Assembly: GCA_964035545.1 (NCBI GenBank)
Contig: OZ037769.1
Span: forward strand, 3,205,929-3,269,928
DNA from: Bugula neritina
Lineage: Eukaryota; Animalia; Bryozoa
Reading direction: 5' to 3'
Length of the DNA: 64,000 nt
This document shows positions 50,301 through 64,000 of the stretch, piece by piece (positions within the stretch are counted from its first letter, which is position 1; every line of letters begins with the position of its first letter). The translations under genes and the position numbers were made by a program. The notes under the pieces are model-generated. The model saw nothing but the letters and a program-made list of their open reading frames with translations. It searched no databases and was not told the origin of the DNA.

Positions 50301-52566
50301 GAGGCAAGTAAACACATCTTGACAGTTTTTTTAGTTTTCATCAAACAATTTAAGCAGCAAAAATGAAGTGTGATACTAGATCAAATGATTAAACAATTCA
50401 ATCCCATTATGCAATAATATATATAATACATGATTTACTAAGAGAGTATTTTGTAGAAACAATTCTCAACCCTTTTTATCGATGACACTAGTTGGACACG
50501 TTAGATTAAAATATTGAGATTATAGGAGTTACCCGCTCATCATATTTGTCTGCTTCCACTTGCTTCTCGTAGTCAGTTGGATCAAATGTGTCCCGTAGTG
50601 GGGGTGGGGGTGTGTCCGGATGAGGAGTGCCGCCAAGAGAGGGCGGACTTGGTGGCGGAGAAGGAGGTGGAGGAGAAGGCGGAGTATAAATAATTTCTTC
50701 CTCTGGAGGACTCCAATCAAACTCTTCCTCTTCAACTATATTGTTCCTCCGTCTGCTGTTTCTAACGTTAAGGTTGGGTCCCCTGTCGTCTGCTAGCTCA
50801 AAGACGGGAGCTCTCTGTACCCCTTCCAGAGCGACTGACTCCATGTTTGGTGGAGGAGGAGGAGGTTGGGCAATGAAGAATTCTTCCTTTTAATCAGAAA
50901 AGCTAATACCATAAACAGGTGTGTGTGTGCCCGCGTGTGCCTCTGACAAGTTTATACTATATTTATACATTATATTATGCAGGTGAATTGAATATTGCCT
51001 TACATTTTCATCAACATCATCCGCTTCAAGCAAGCTGGAGAGGTGCTCTCTACGCCTTCGTCGAGCGGATATGACACTTTGTTGAGTTGATGCCAGCTCG
51101 TCTATTAAGTAGTGAAACATCAAACATGCATTGTCAAAATAATCTCATCATGACATATGTAACCATTATAGCTTACAATATAAATATTTTTGTATTAGGT
51201 ATACTATATTAATATATTGTTACCGTGAAACTTATAATGAGTGTGAATTGACGAAATATGGTTGATAATGGAAATAACTTTTAGGTTGTGACTTTACTAT
51301 ACTACAAGAAGGTAACAGTTAAATAACATAGAACTAATGATTTACTAATATTAATACAACCTAAGCAAGTTTTAAATGTAACATGAACTCATTCTTTACT
51401 TAATATGATGATCATAGTGCATGATTTGGTTCAGCTTAAGTAATGAAAGTTGGTTAAAGTTACTATAAACTATGACAATATAATATTTACTAATGAAGAG
51501 AAGTCAATGAGAAAAAGTGTTGCTATAGAACACACCTTCAGTTAAACCATCTTCCAAAGCATCCATCCTGATATACTCCCCGACAGGTGCTTCTCTAAAC
51601 TCGGGTGTTCCGACTCGCCTGGGTCTACGTGGGAGACCCTCACCTCCTTCTGCCCCATCTATTTAACATCATACTGCGGATATTCATACCATTAAACATG
51701 CATAGGCTGCCTAGATTTTAGCTTGAAGACTGGATTTTAAGCCATTGTATAGCAAGGTACAAAATCCAATAAGGTAAGAATAGTTGGGACTTTACATAAG
51801 CTGGGAGAGCTTTTCCCTAATGCATTATTATAGCTTTTCATGTATCATCACAGCTATGCCAGCTATTTTATGCTTTTTCCACATTCATTATGGCTACTAC
51901 ACAATATCTGACCTTTTTGGCTGGTATAAAAACCCAGCACTTTCACTTATCTTTACACTTGCGTCTTGCCACTTGTCACTTGCAACTACACTTATAACTT
52001 ATGATGCAACCTATTTTACATTGCTAAATTCTTTCAGTCTGCCACAATAAATATTTCTATATTTTAAAACACAACAAGAATAGTTATATTTCACAAAAAA
52101 AAACATTTGATAAGTCTTCAATGTTGTGCAAAAACATATTTTTGACAAGTGTGACCTTTGACCTTTTGACATCTTATAAATTTGGAGATATATTAAACCC
52201 AGTAGCCTGTTTATTATAGCGTTTCTCATTTATAAACCTCCATCTTATAATAGCAACAAAAGCTATGTGCAAAAGTGCAATATATATATTGTAATGTTTT
52301 TGGGAAGCTGTTGATGACACAATGATGTAATACTCAGCAGTCAGGTAATTACCCTTCAGCAGATGACAGCACTCTATGATAGAATATTAGAGTTATTTTG
52401 CTATGATTGTGTAGTGTGTTAAATTACTAATTAATATATCAATTAGCCTTATATTAAATAACTGTATAAAAAACCCCATAAAAACATATTTTTAGCCCAT
52501 ACCTGGCCTTCCTCCATTTTGATCCTCATAAAAAGAAGTAATCCAGCTGTCCTCTCTTTCTGCCAT
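47325..52566 (-). CDS. Uncharacterised multi-pass membrane protein, ~810 aa
   Basis: 7 exons: 52566-52503, 51658-51536, 51101-51004, 50886-50533, 50162-50034, 49423-49013, 48578-47325 (2433 nt in frame). Acidic/Pro-rich N-terminus, ~8-9 hydrophobic segments (e.g. ILAEVLLYPTVLCSLISV), Ser/Thr-rich tail with four RPPT repeats. Confidence 0.8.
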
Positions 52567-53583
52567 GTTTTATTGTAAACTTACATCCTCCTTAGTCATT
52601 CAGAGTTCACACAAAGCTGACTGTAGGATCACACAATGCTGACTGTAGGATCACACAAAGCTGACTCTGTAGCACTAAGGCAGCTCTATCCTTAGCTACG
52701 CCTGCTATTGATGTTAGTATCCACAATACTTTTCAAAATATGAATTCCCAATTTCAGGCCTTTGTTTCGACTGATGGCTGACTTATAATTATATTTGAAA
52801 TGAATAGGCATCAATTCACACCTATTCGCTATTTTTTAAAGACCTTTGTTTGATCATTAAGGCATTATATAATTATAAGTAGAGAAATATAAACAATGTA
52901 TTATGCAAAAGGAGTTGGTATATTTACCCAACATATTGGGCAATTGATACCTATGAATGGCCCTTACAAAGTCCAATTAGAAATAAAATCATAATGGTAC
53001 ATTCAACAATTTTCAAACCTAGATATTAACTTTCCAAATAAAAAACAATTTAATAAAAAGTAATCTACAATTTTGCACAAACATTCTTTAAAAATTTAAG
53101 TTATGACACATTTATAATTAACATTGAAGCCTAGCTTCTAGTTACGAGTATGAAATATCAAAATTGAAACAACTATAACACGATATTGATAAACATGAAC
53201 AACATTAGATCATATGCAGGCAAGAAAACAGATAGATTATGCAATTCAACAACCAAGTTTCAAAAAATATCAAATATAAGCAACTTAACTCCAAGAGGTC
53301 TCTAAAAAGATGAGATCTGGAATAAATTTAGCTTGAGATATCGGTATAAGTAAACAAGATTATCATAAATATATCAGAATAAATAATATAGTATATAATA
53401 TCGTATAACAATCTTGTATATAAAACTACTATCCATTGAGCAAATTACAATGTTACATTATGCCTGTGAGCTGCACTTGTTTATATTACCCCAAACTTCA
53501 CCAAGTCCCAGACAATATAAAACTGTTCAGGAAGACTGTGAAGTAATTCTAGGTGACAGGAAGTAGTCAGAACTATCGCAGTA

Positions 53584-56500
53584 CTAGGAGTTATAAGGAC
53601 TCGAGTCTGGCATGCTGCCAACTATAAATGAAGGACGACTACGTACAGGGGAAGGAGTTTTCTTCTCTTCATCAAAATTCTCGTTAGAGTTACTATTAAT
53701 AGATCCGTAGTTGGAAGAGTTGGCCTGTATAGGTGTGACCTCGGGGTCAACCCTCTCATTCACTACCAGAGTGTACTCCGTCACACGCTTACGGATAAAC
53801 AGGAGAGTGATGAAAGCGACAACAGCGAACCCAATTGGCACAAATGTCATGATGTTCCTGTAGAATGGGGAGCAGGCTTCACAGCAAGACCTGAAGAGTG
53901 TTCAACACACCTGAATTACTAGTATATACACCTGAATTACTAGTATATACACCTGAATTACTAGTATATACACCTGAATTACTAGTATATACACCTGAAT
54001 TACTAGTATACACACCTGAATTACTAGTATACACACCTGAATTACTAGTATATACACCTGAATTACTAGTATATACACCTGAATTACTAGTATATACACC
54101 TGAATTACTAGTATATACACCTGAATTACTAGTATATACACCTGAATTACTAGTATATACACCTGAATTACTAGTATATACACCTGAATTACTAGTATAT
54201 ACACCTGAATTACTAGTATATACACCTGAACTCTGAAGCAATAAGTAATGGAGACATTAAAACACCAATAAAGAGTGAAAAAACTCACGTTGTTTTACAT
54301 GGATGGAAGACCTGAATCAACTGGACGGCTAAACCATTGGACAGTTTATCTGTGAAGCTCATAGCACCATAGACAAATGCAGCACTTTCCTGCAAAATCA
54401 TAGGAAAGGTTTGATGTCACCATCACAGAAGTGTACGAATAATGTGCGAGTAATGTCAGAGTAATGTATGAGAATGACAGAGTAATGACAGAGTAATGCC
54501 AAAAGTAATGTATGAGTAATGCCACATGTATGTGATGTCATGAAACATGATATTAAATAAATTGCTAATAAAGGTCTTCAATATAGCACCATGACTGAAT
54601 AGTCATATAAAGCCACAGTTGTGCAATTTTAAATCTATAGTTCGGCAAGTCTTTGATGTTCAATGTAAGTCGAGAAATTTATCAATTAGCAAGACATTAA
54701 CTTCTATTTGATGTCAAATAGTTGATGGCAATCAGAACTCTGATGACTATAGAACAGGTTACCAACCAACAGCATTTCCATTAGTTGCACCTCTACTTGT
54801 ATATCTAATTTAACTTAAGCATGTCTACTACTTCATGTTTACAGAGTAATAATGATTCAGCTAGCATGGCAGCAGTAATAAGGCAGCAGTAATAAGGCAA
54901 AGAAACTTACGGTGTTCTGGTCGATTAAGTCAGCGGTGAGAGAGAGCGACAGCACTAGTATTGTGGATCCACCAATACCGTTGAGAGCACCGGCAGCCAT
55001 GACTAGATAATGATCAACTGATACGCTGGCCTTCAGCCAATAGAACCAGACACTAGCACCCGAGACAAACAGCAGACCCAGTACGTACGTTTTCTACAGA
55101 GTATTACGTCGGCGTAAGAATCTAACAGGATATTAGGTAAATATGGCAGAGGTAATAATGACACAAATGGAAAAGTGGGTAAAAATGGCACACTGATGTT
55201 AAATTTTTCCAAACCCCCAATCCTTAAACCCGCCATTCCAAACCTTGATATTGAAAATGTGCCCTTTTTACCTACTTTGCCATTTGTGCCATTATTACCT
55301 CTGCCAGTTTTACTGTAACATTTTTACCTTTGCCATTTTACCAGACACCATCTATCATGTATACATACCAGTGCTCTTTGAATACTAGTATGCTATTCCA
55401 TGTTATCAAAGTTCAATAAAATAGCAGTTACCTTTTTGCCGAACTTTTTACTCATAAGCTTGAGAGGGAAGGTGACGAGAAACCCGCTAATATATATGAC
55501 CAAGGGTACAATGGCTATGTAGGTCTGCAACAATATGAGATAAATATAAAGTCACAGTCTGTCGTTGGGAAAAGTGAGAAACTGGGTGCTGAGAAGTTTA
55601 ACATAGCCACAGGAGAAAATAACTTCTAAATTTTCTTGCATGTGTGTAGTATTATAAGTAGCAGAGTTTTCCAACAAGAGTTATCATTCAAATCATTGGG
55701 TAGGCTATTGCGTGCATAACATGAGCTTCAATGAGAAAAATGGAAGGGATATGTCAAAATGTCGCCAGAAAACAAAAGGAACACGGCTATATTTACAGAC
55801 AGTTATAATTTGTTGAATTTTTTAAATGCCTTATTGGTGATAATGACCAATTTTTCAGCCTACTGTGTCATAATCAGGTTGCCTAGACTCAACGACTAAC
55901 TGAAGACATACATGAATGAAATGCACAACAAAACTGATTTGCTTGAGTACACAACTCCAAAACTGGCATTAATTTGAAGCTGGGCAAGAGCGATATTTTG
56001 AGTATGAATTTTAAGTTCTAGTGATTCACATCTAAACATTACCCATTACTCTACTAAGTATGGCAAGACTAAGTAATCGAAGATGAAGTAGAGAAAGTAC
56101 AAAATAAGTAGACTAGTAACTGGACAGTGTTAGTAAAATTGTTAATCAACTGGAAGCAGACGTATTATTATACTCTTCTAGCAGTTTGGTTCCAACGAGG
56201 AAACCAACAGATGGGAATTTCATAAGCAAAAATTCTGTGCCATGATTAATTGCTCCGAGATTGTTGATCGGAAAGGTAATTCAGTCATTTTTATATTTCA
56301 ACATCTGCTAACATTTGTCTATCCAAATTGCTTAGCAATATCACAACCCTGGCTAGTATGATGGTGCAACACTTGACCATATTAAATGCATTCATTGTAA
56401 GAGAATCTGTAACATTTACAGCTGTTTCAGTCTGTAACATGCCTAGCAGCTGTCTTCCACTGATAATATTGATGCCATAAATATACATAAAGCAGGAGAA

Positions 56501-57289
56501 GACAAATTCAAGTTAGATAGGAATACTGACTTACTTTAGTTAGACTGAGAGTTTCCGTTAGATACATACTCAAATATACCTGCGACAGGTTCACTATGAG
56601 TCTGGTGCACATGTACAGCAGGGCTACCTGCAACACACAGTTACAAGCAGCTTGGTCATTGTGCGTAGGTTAGAGTTCTTGGACTAAGGTACGATATTTA
56701 CATAGCATACTGACAACGGCTATTTATTATAGAATAGTATGTACCACTGCATTGTGCTATGTACCAGTAAATGTACACACTACAGTACAAATAACTACTA
56801 TATACACTACACACTACAACACGCTATGTACTAAATATACTACAGCATACTATGCACTAACAACTATAGATACTACAACAACATTTGTATTCACAATACC
56901 ACACACCACACTGTATAAATCTCTTACACTGAGAGACGTACCAGATAAAACTGCGGAGTCTTCAACCAACACATGACGTACATCTTTGTACGGATACTTG
57001 TAGATAAGTCATTGTCTAGTTCTGCAGATTGCTCCTTGGTGCCGACATGAAATATGATGCAGAATACCACTCCTGTGCCTATCACTATGAACGCCAGATT
57101 CTGCAGAAAAAATAGTTATTTTGTAGATATAAACCATAACCTGCACCATAATGATGTGTTCCATAACTATTACTACTACTACTGCTGCTGCTGCTACTAC
57201 TACTAACTATTACCACTACTACTGCTGCTACTGCTACTACTACTACTACTGCTACTACCGCAACTATTACCGCTGTGCTCCTACTATTA

Positions 57290-57339
<50 letters not shown>

Positions 57340-57407
57340 TACTACTACTACTGCTACTACTATTACTACTACTACTAGTACTACTACTATACTACTACTA
57401 CTACTAG

Positions 57408-57439
<32 letters not shown>

Positions 57440-57458
57440 GTACTACTACTACTACTAG

Positions 57459-57492
<34 letters not shown>

Positions 57493-60400
57493 GCTACTGC
57501 TACCAGAAGCAACACTAACCCTGAACGTCTGGTAATCAGTTGGTGACACATCCTGAGTCGTTGCGCCATCATTACTATCCATTGACAGCAAATACCATGT
57601 CAGAAGGTATACTGTAAGGTTAGAGATTACGGTGAAGGCATATCTACAGAACACATACTGAAATAGACTAATAGAATGCAAGTACAGATAAGTACATCAC
57701 CACAAACCCTCGCCAGGCAACTAACAGTGAGAATTGCCCTCCCATACCCAGTTAATATATCTTTCAGTGTAATCTAAACAGAGGTAGTATATTATATCGA
57801 CATAGTATATTATATAGTGCACAATAATATAGTAAATAATATAGTAAATAATATATTATTGCATTGCATACACGCACGCTATACCACATACTATAATATT
57901 ATACCTTGCATTGTATGTTCTGTATTACAATATATTACACTATATATCATAATATCCTGCATATAGCACACCTGATAGAGTTTAGCCCAACTTTATCATG
58001 TTGGCAGGTGGTGAGAGAAGGTATAAGTGAGAGGTGAGATATTTGTGTGCTAGCCCAACCAAACTGGAATATAACAATGAAAGGGGCGTAGTAGATGAGA
58101 TACTCTAGTGTAGTGGAGTCACTTGGTAAGGAGTAGTACATGGGGTCCCTTCCCACCACAGGAGTGAATATGAAACTGAAGCTAACGGCTACACAGATAC
58201 ATCCTGTAAGTACAGAATAATACGCAAGTTATCAGTTGCAAACTGCAAGTTTCACTTAAATGTGGTAAGGTGCATTGTCAAGTCTTTGTTAAGTTCCACT
58301 TAAACAGCATGGTAATGTGGGAAGGTACATTGCTATAGGTAAGTGCCAAGTGGGATTGGCTAGCAGATGGTGATTTCAATTAAACATTTGGTCTCCAGTG
58401 TAAACAGTGACAATAGCAAGAACAACTTGCATGTTACCATATGTATTAGTTGCAGTGTACATTATTCACTGGCCAATTGTGGGTGTATTCTAGTGATATG
58501 AATGGAATCATGTGTAAAAAGAGGGAATTTATCTGTCTGGCGCTATGCCAAAAAATTCCTGATCCTTAGATAAGAGAAGTTTATTAATTAAGACACTGTT
58601 TATAGTATTTAGATGAATTATTATTACAACTCAACTGTTTTGACAAATTAAAATTAAATAAGATGCATGCGGTGAAGAGCTAACTCATCCCTGATCAAAG
58701 TGCAAACAAATCTATTACACAACATCCTTCACCAGTTCTATTGAATCTGATTTCATCATCAGAGGGAGTGTTTGACAAAGAGGCATAAACTAGGAGCTGT
58801 GCTGTGATACATTAAGCACAATACTGAATCCTACATTTACTGTATGGTGTGTAGTGTATAGCCATGATATTTACAGATGGTGTGTAAATTGTATTTCATC
58901 AGATAAGCACCGGAAGGAAGTGCAAAAAAAGTAACACTGACTATACACTTTGGCTCTGACAGTGTGACGCATGGCAATAATTGAATAAAATTCCATAAAA
59001 TTAATAACAGTTAAATTAAGCACCATTAAATCAGCTTCAGTGTTGGTAATATACCAACAACCCCTCCCCATACAGTCCTAAATTTCATTTTGAAAAACAG
59101 ACCCATAAATGGGAGGGGGGAGTAGATTATCTGTTGATACTGAAATAAGAAAGCAACTCAGCAGTCTACGAACCTATCAGATGCCACGATTTTCTCTTTC
59201 CATAGTTACAGAACCCGTTGATTCTATCAGACTCATATCCTACAAGGGGCGTGGCTACAGCATCAGCCACCTACAGCAAGTGTCAATCAAGTGTCACATA
59301 ATCAAGTCACATGCCCCACTTTCCCTGGGTATGCATTTGAGTAAATATATTAACTAATGATAATTCAATATTTTAGAGTTGGCACTCTGCCACTATAATA
59401 ACATCCTATCAGCTAAGAACTTATAACCCACAAGGACTTGGCTCTACTTATCCTAAATAGAATGGGGGTACCCATAGCACAAGTTATCAAGTAATTCAAG
59501 AAGGCTACATTTTAAAGTTGAATATTACATAATAGTGTCAACAGCACATCATATGATGAAACAAGTCCAGTTAATCACATGCATCACGTGGGTAATGACT
59601 GACCATTATCTTATGTTATCAACACGTGTCCACCATATGGACACATGGAACACGTTACTAACATCATATGTGCCAGTTTTACCTACAACATTCTATACCC
59701 TAGACTACTATTAGGCTATTGGCTATAATCAATCTGTTTGAACAGAGAGAAAAACCGCAAAAATCTTTAAAATTAAGGGCAAATATTTTTTCAAAAGTTG
59801 ACTAATTTAAATGAAACGTTACCACAAATTGATTCAGAATAAAATAATAATATGTTAGATATACTTATGAAAATGGGAGTATTGGTGGTCTAGGGAGCAT
59901 TGATAGTTTGCCTAGTAAGCCAGAGGTCATGGGTTCAAACCCCAGTAGAGAACATTGGCGATGTTAGGAAGAGCATCCAGTCATGATTGCTGCTGTGCCA
60001 TATCTGAATAAGTCTTTAGTCCGCTTCAACAAAAGAAACCTCTTACATTAGGGGTTCTCACTATAAACTTGCTTTAGTTTTTATATACTTATGAAATCAC
60101 TAACAGCAAGTAGCTCCCAGTAAACTACTAATAGTTACTAGTTAAGGAACTAGTAGTAGGTTATTATTAAGTTTTACCTCTTGTGACTTTCAGTAGTTAC
60201 TAAAAACTGTTATAATCATCTACTGATAAGGCTTGTCAATTAACAATAGAACTCATTAGTTAAATTGCCAACATTACCAAAACGATGACACTAGTTATTT
60301 TTAAATTTGTTCACAATAGGAACTGAAGTCTTAATTGAATTACATTCCATAAATGTTACATATACTAAAAAATGCATCTAATATCCGGTATAAAAAATTG

Positions 60401-61241
60401 GGTTAAACCAAAATATAATTTTGTGAAAATAAATCTGATTAGCTAATGTCATCATACCTGACCAATAAGAAGGAGTGTTCCAGCCAACACGTTGTTCATG
60501 CCAATGACCTTGTGGTAGAATATGAGGAGATATGTAAACCACATAGATGCACACAAGTCGTTGAGTACATGCCCAACCCCATAGCTAAACCTGTAACGCG
60601 CAAGCATTACACATTAATATGTATATAACTCAAATACAAAGCTTAATTTGAACAAGCTCAACTAACGATAGCTAGTTATTTCCTAAAAGTCTCAACCTGC
60701 AGTTCTAATCACTACAAGTGAATGGCAAGGAATGCATTATGCTAACTTCATAGTAACAGTTTTAGAGCACTTCTATTATTTTCAAATATATCCTTCATCT
60801 CAATGTTATAAGTTTATAGCAAAACTGCAAAACATATCTGTCAAAAAGTGGTCAAACATTAATTAAGGAAACTATACAAACAATCAGCAAAGCTTGAGGT
60901 TCTAAATCAAAGATTAGGGAAAGAGGAAGTTTAATTATTCCATACAATAATGAAAAGCTCAAAGCTATGCAACCCTCACCAAAGCTATGGCCTACGTAGG
61001 ACTTAGTAAAGCCTTCCAATATATATATATAAGTACTACTTTGAAAGCAGCTCTACTAAATTCATACCAAAAACCAACAACCAGCTAGCTACCTCACAAA
61101 TACAGTTGCTGAGCAACAAAAGAAAAAACAAAATGTCAGTGATGACATATGGTGGTGCTAAAAAGATGGTAGTTTGAGTCAGTATTATTAGACTTACTTT
61201 CTGCCTAGTGGGAGGGGAGTAGAAGCACCAGACTCTGCCAT
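53584..61241 (-). CDS. MFSD12: MFS transporter MFSD12 (lysosomal cysteine importer family), 521 aa
   Basis: 11 exons: 61241-61198, 60590-60458, 59270-59174, 58203-57972, 57643-57520, 57100-56942, 56627-56535, 55524-55432, 55093-54911, 54389-54289, 53890-53584 (1566 nt). [78 protein letters not shown]. Confidence 0.93.
53907..54230. repeat. 21-bp minisatellite (ACACCTGAATTACTAGTATAT) x~15
   Basis: Near-perfect tandem copies filling the last MFSD12 intron. Confidence 0.95.
55145..55307. mobile_element. Small foldback/MITE-like element
   Basis: TGGCAGAGGTAATAATGACACAAATGGAAAAGTGGGTAAAAATGGCACA pairs imperfectly with TGTGCCCTTTTTACCTACTTTGCCATTTGTGCCATTATTACCTCTGCCA around a C-rich spacer. Confidence 0.65.
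57165..57502. repeat. (CTA)n trinucleotide microsatellite
   Basis: Direct; intronic in MFSD12. Confidence 0.95.
59873..60082 (+). mobile_element. tRNA-derived SINE
   Basis: A-box-like TGGTGGTCTAGGG and B-box GGTTCAAACCC (59932-42). Body homologous to the 31399-31609 copy. 14-bp TSD ATATACTTATGAAA (59859-72, 60083-96). Confidence 0.8.
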
Positions 61242-63461
61242 TGTAGACAGTGGGCTATGTTTTTCAGAGTGTAGAGCTGCTCAGACTGAAGACTTCATTG
61301 TAAGAGAATTTTAAACTGAAACAATATAAAAACATTTACTAGACTTCAGTGCAAGATAATTTCAAACTGAAACAGTACAAGAACATCTACCAGACACCTA
61401 AGTTGTAAAGTTCACTATTAATTATTGCAAAAACAGACATTGAATACACTGATACCACAAACATAACACACTTGATAAAACAATATTTTTTACAGAAATA
61501 AGTATACAAAAGTATTATTAAACAAATATGTTAATTTAAAAAGAGTTTAAAAGACATCAAGGTATTTCAGAGTCATAAACTTTTACAAAAATGACAAATC
61601 TTGAGTTTCATATAACTAAGCTGTTCATATTGGAACAGTTTGGACTACACTGAATGATCTACTTTTAAATTTGTATCAAAATAGCGTTTGTTAACATGAA
61701 AAATACGATAAACTTATGGGTATTCCAATATACCTAATATCAAATTATCTTTATTTACATGCACCAACCAAAATCATCATTTCATTTTACAGCTTTGATT
61801 TTGTGTAGCAGCCAGACTTTAAATTTTTAATGAGACTGCTTTATATAATGAGGTTAAAGTATGTACCTGCTAAGGGAGCACAACTCTTAATTATATATTA
61901 TATATCAGGGACATTGAAAAATGGTATTATAGTTTAGTTTCATCATGACATTAACTATAAAACTTTTAAAGGTATATTAATAACTAAGAAACTGAAAGAT
62001 TAACAAATTTAAAATATTAACTAATAACCAATAATATAAGCAATAAAATAGCTACAATAATAATATACAACTGTGATTTGAAATACCAATTACCAATGCT
62101 GATTGTAATAATAGTAAGATTAAGTTTAACATCATATGTGATCATAATGACATCTTGACAAATACTGACGGTTAAAAACTATATAATATTATTAATATTT
62201 CTGAATTTACATCATCGCTGCGGTTGGAAGGACTATCACTATCACTTTACCACTACTAGTATAACTATGAGTGTAAGTATTAGTATTATTATTACAGTTA
62301 GACTGTCAGTGTCATCATCATCAAGACTATCATAAAAGTTCAATGATCACTATGAGTATGAGTATGAGTATCACCATCACTAAGTGATTATAATTAATAT
62401 TCTAAGTATGACTATGAGTATGACATTGACAGTCTCATAAAAATAAAATTAAATACTCAAACTTTAATCTTGATCTTTAACTTGAAGTTTATACATATTG
62501 ATATCAAACCTACAAAACTAAAAGCTTAAAACTCAAAGTAAAACTAAAATTAATTGTAAAATTAAAAGTCAATCATTAACACTAACAGCCATTTTTATCT
62601 TATTTTTTATTTCTAGTTCTACACTTCGACTTCTAGTTCTTTATTTTGAAACCAAAACATATAAACTATAAAGTTAAATACTTATACCATAACATTAAGT
62701 TCAACTACAACTAATAGTAATAGCATTAGTATAACTATAAGTATAACTTAAAGGAAAACTTAAACTTACAGTAAAACCTAAACTATGAGTATGACATTTA
62801 CTATGAGTATGATAATGATAGTGATACACTAGAAGTACTACTACTAGTAGTAGTACTGGTAGAACTAAATCAAAAAGTAAAATTATAACCTTAAAACAAT
62901 CATTATTATAGACTATTGTAAACTATTAGCCCAAATTGAAATACAAATTTCTTAATCCTCTTACAGTTACTATTAATTCTACATTAGCGTGAAAGCTAGG
63001 ACTTACAACCTTGAAGTATAACAAAGGTATTTGTAAACTACTAAATATGTTATTTACTTTTACTTTTAGCATCAAATCATTCACATCAAATTCAATCACA
63101 TGATCTTTAAATAGCTGGGCTTTGAGTTGTTTGCCAAAGAATTGGTTCGAAGCTTAATATCAGCAGTCTTTTTCTAAATTAAGCTGCGACTATTAGCCCC
63201 CGTTGATAGAACCTAGCGACTTCAGCGATATTTTGCTATCATTTGAAATCTTTTCTTAGCCTTTAGCAAACAAGTCATACATATAACATCCGGCGCAAAT
63301 GTGCACTAAACACAGTTTTTGAAAAGCTGAGGACCAAGTGTAAAATCTCATACAAAAAGTTTGAACTATTTACTTATTTATTTTACAGTTTAGAACAATA
63401 ACTAAATATATGTAAAAACTGCTGTTTCATTTGTCTGAAGAAGCGTTTTACCGTCACGGTC

Positions 63462-63547
63462 ATGCCATATGCAAATCAGCCCACGGTTACGATTAGCGAA
63501 TTGAATGAAGAAAATCTCAAGTTTGTTTTGGAAGACACTGATCTGAG
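63462..63547 (+). CDS. POLR2C: RNA polymerase II subunit RPB3, coding exon 1 (gene continues beyond window)
   Basis: [28 protein letters not shown] followed by AG|GTATAG; matches the conserved RPB3 N-terminus. Confidence 0.93.
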
Positions 63548-64000
63548 GTATAGGCGGTAGCTATCATTTCTTAGAAGAGATATTTTTAATCTCGTTTTTA
63601 TGTTTTTATTTAGAAAGCTACTATAAATGGTTATCATGATAATATTCTGACCTACGTTTGCCTAGTACTTCGACTTGTATAGTTTGAGTTAGTGTTACTG
63701 TTACTCACTTACTGCTAGTGTTCGTGAGTTACACTAACACTTAGTTTTACTGTTAGAGTTAGTGTTACAGTTGCACTGTTGCAGTTGTAGAGGTTAAACT
63801 TAAATCGATTTTAGTTAAGTTTTCATTAAAATAGTTTATGTTTTAGTTTCACTTATGCTTAAAGTTAAAGTTTATCCGTCACATTGAGTTTGACATTTCC
63901 ATTGTGATTGATCATTGATAAATTGACATTTTGATTCAATTATGCTTTAATTTTAGTTGATTTGTATTACGGATTTCGTATTACCGACACTGACAGTGAT

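Noticed and set aside
53879-54288. Repeat-protein ORFs (SGVYTSN)n/(TPELLVY)n, or a CRISPR-like array
   Set aside because: Head-to-tail 21-bp intronic minisatellite without spacers; eukaryotic context and no cas genes.
57151-57572. Poly-Ser/Leu/Tyr/Val ORFs
   Set aside because: Translations of a (CTA)n microsatellite in an MFSD12 intron.
59875-59950. tRNA gene
   Set aside because: A/B boxes are present but there is no intact cloverleaf. It continues into a repeated body bounded by a TSD, so it is a SINE head.

Overview
AT-rich, intron-dense animal genomic DNA, probably an invertebrate (inference). I traced GT-AG splice sites by hand and recovered seven complete spliced genes plus the first exon of an eighth. 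In order: two convergent, highly diverged paralogous secreted proteins whose strand pattern and intron phases resemble FGF/IL-1 beta-trefoil cytokines (2610-5228 +, 8426-13309 -), the first preceded by a cluster of NF-kappaB-type motifs; an arrestin-domain protein; SmD1 (SNRPD1); a 25-exon ankyrin-repeat TRP channel; an uncharacterised multi-pass membrane protein; MFSD12; and POLR2C exon 1. Mobile DNA: a very young RT-less gypsy-type LTR element carrying an apparently spliced zinc-finger/coiled-coil accessory gene, a 5'-truncated LINE, a Penelope-like fragment with two hammerhead ribozymes in inverted orientation, two tRNA-derived SINEs with TSDs, two foldback elements and many micro/minisatellites. 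All gene models are manual predictions without transcript support.
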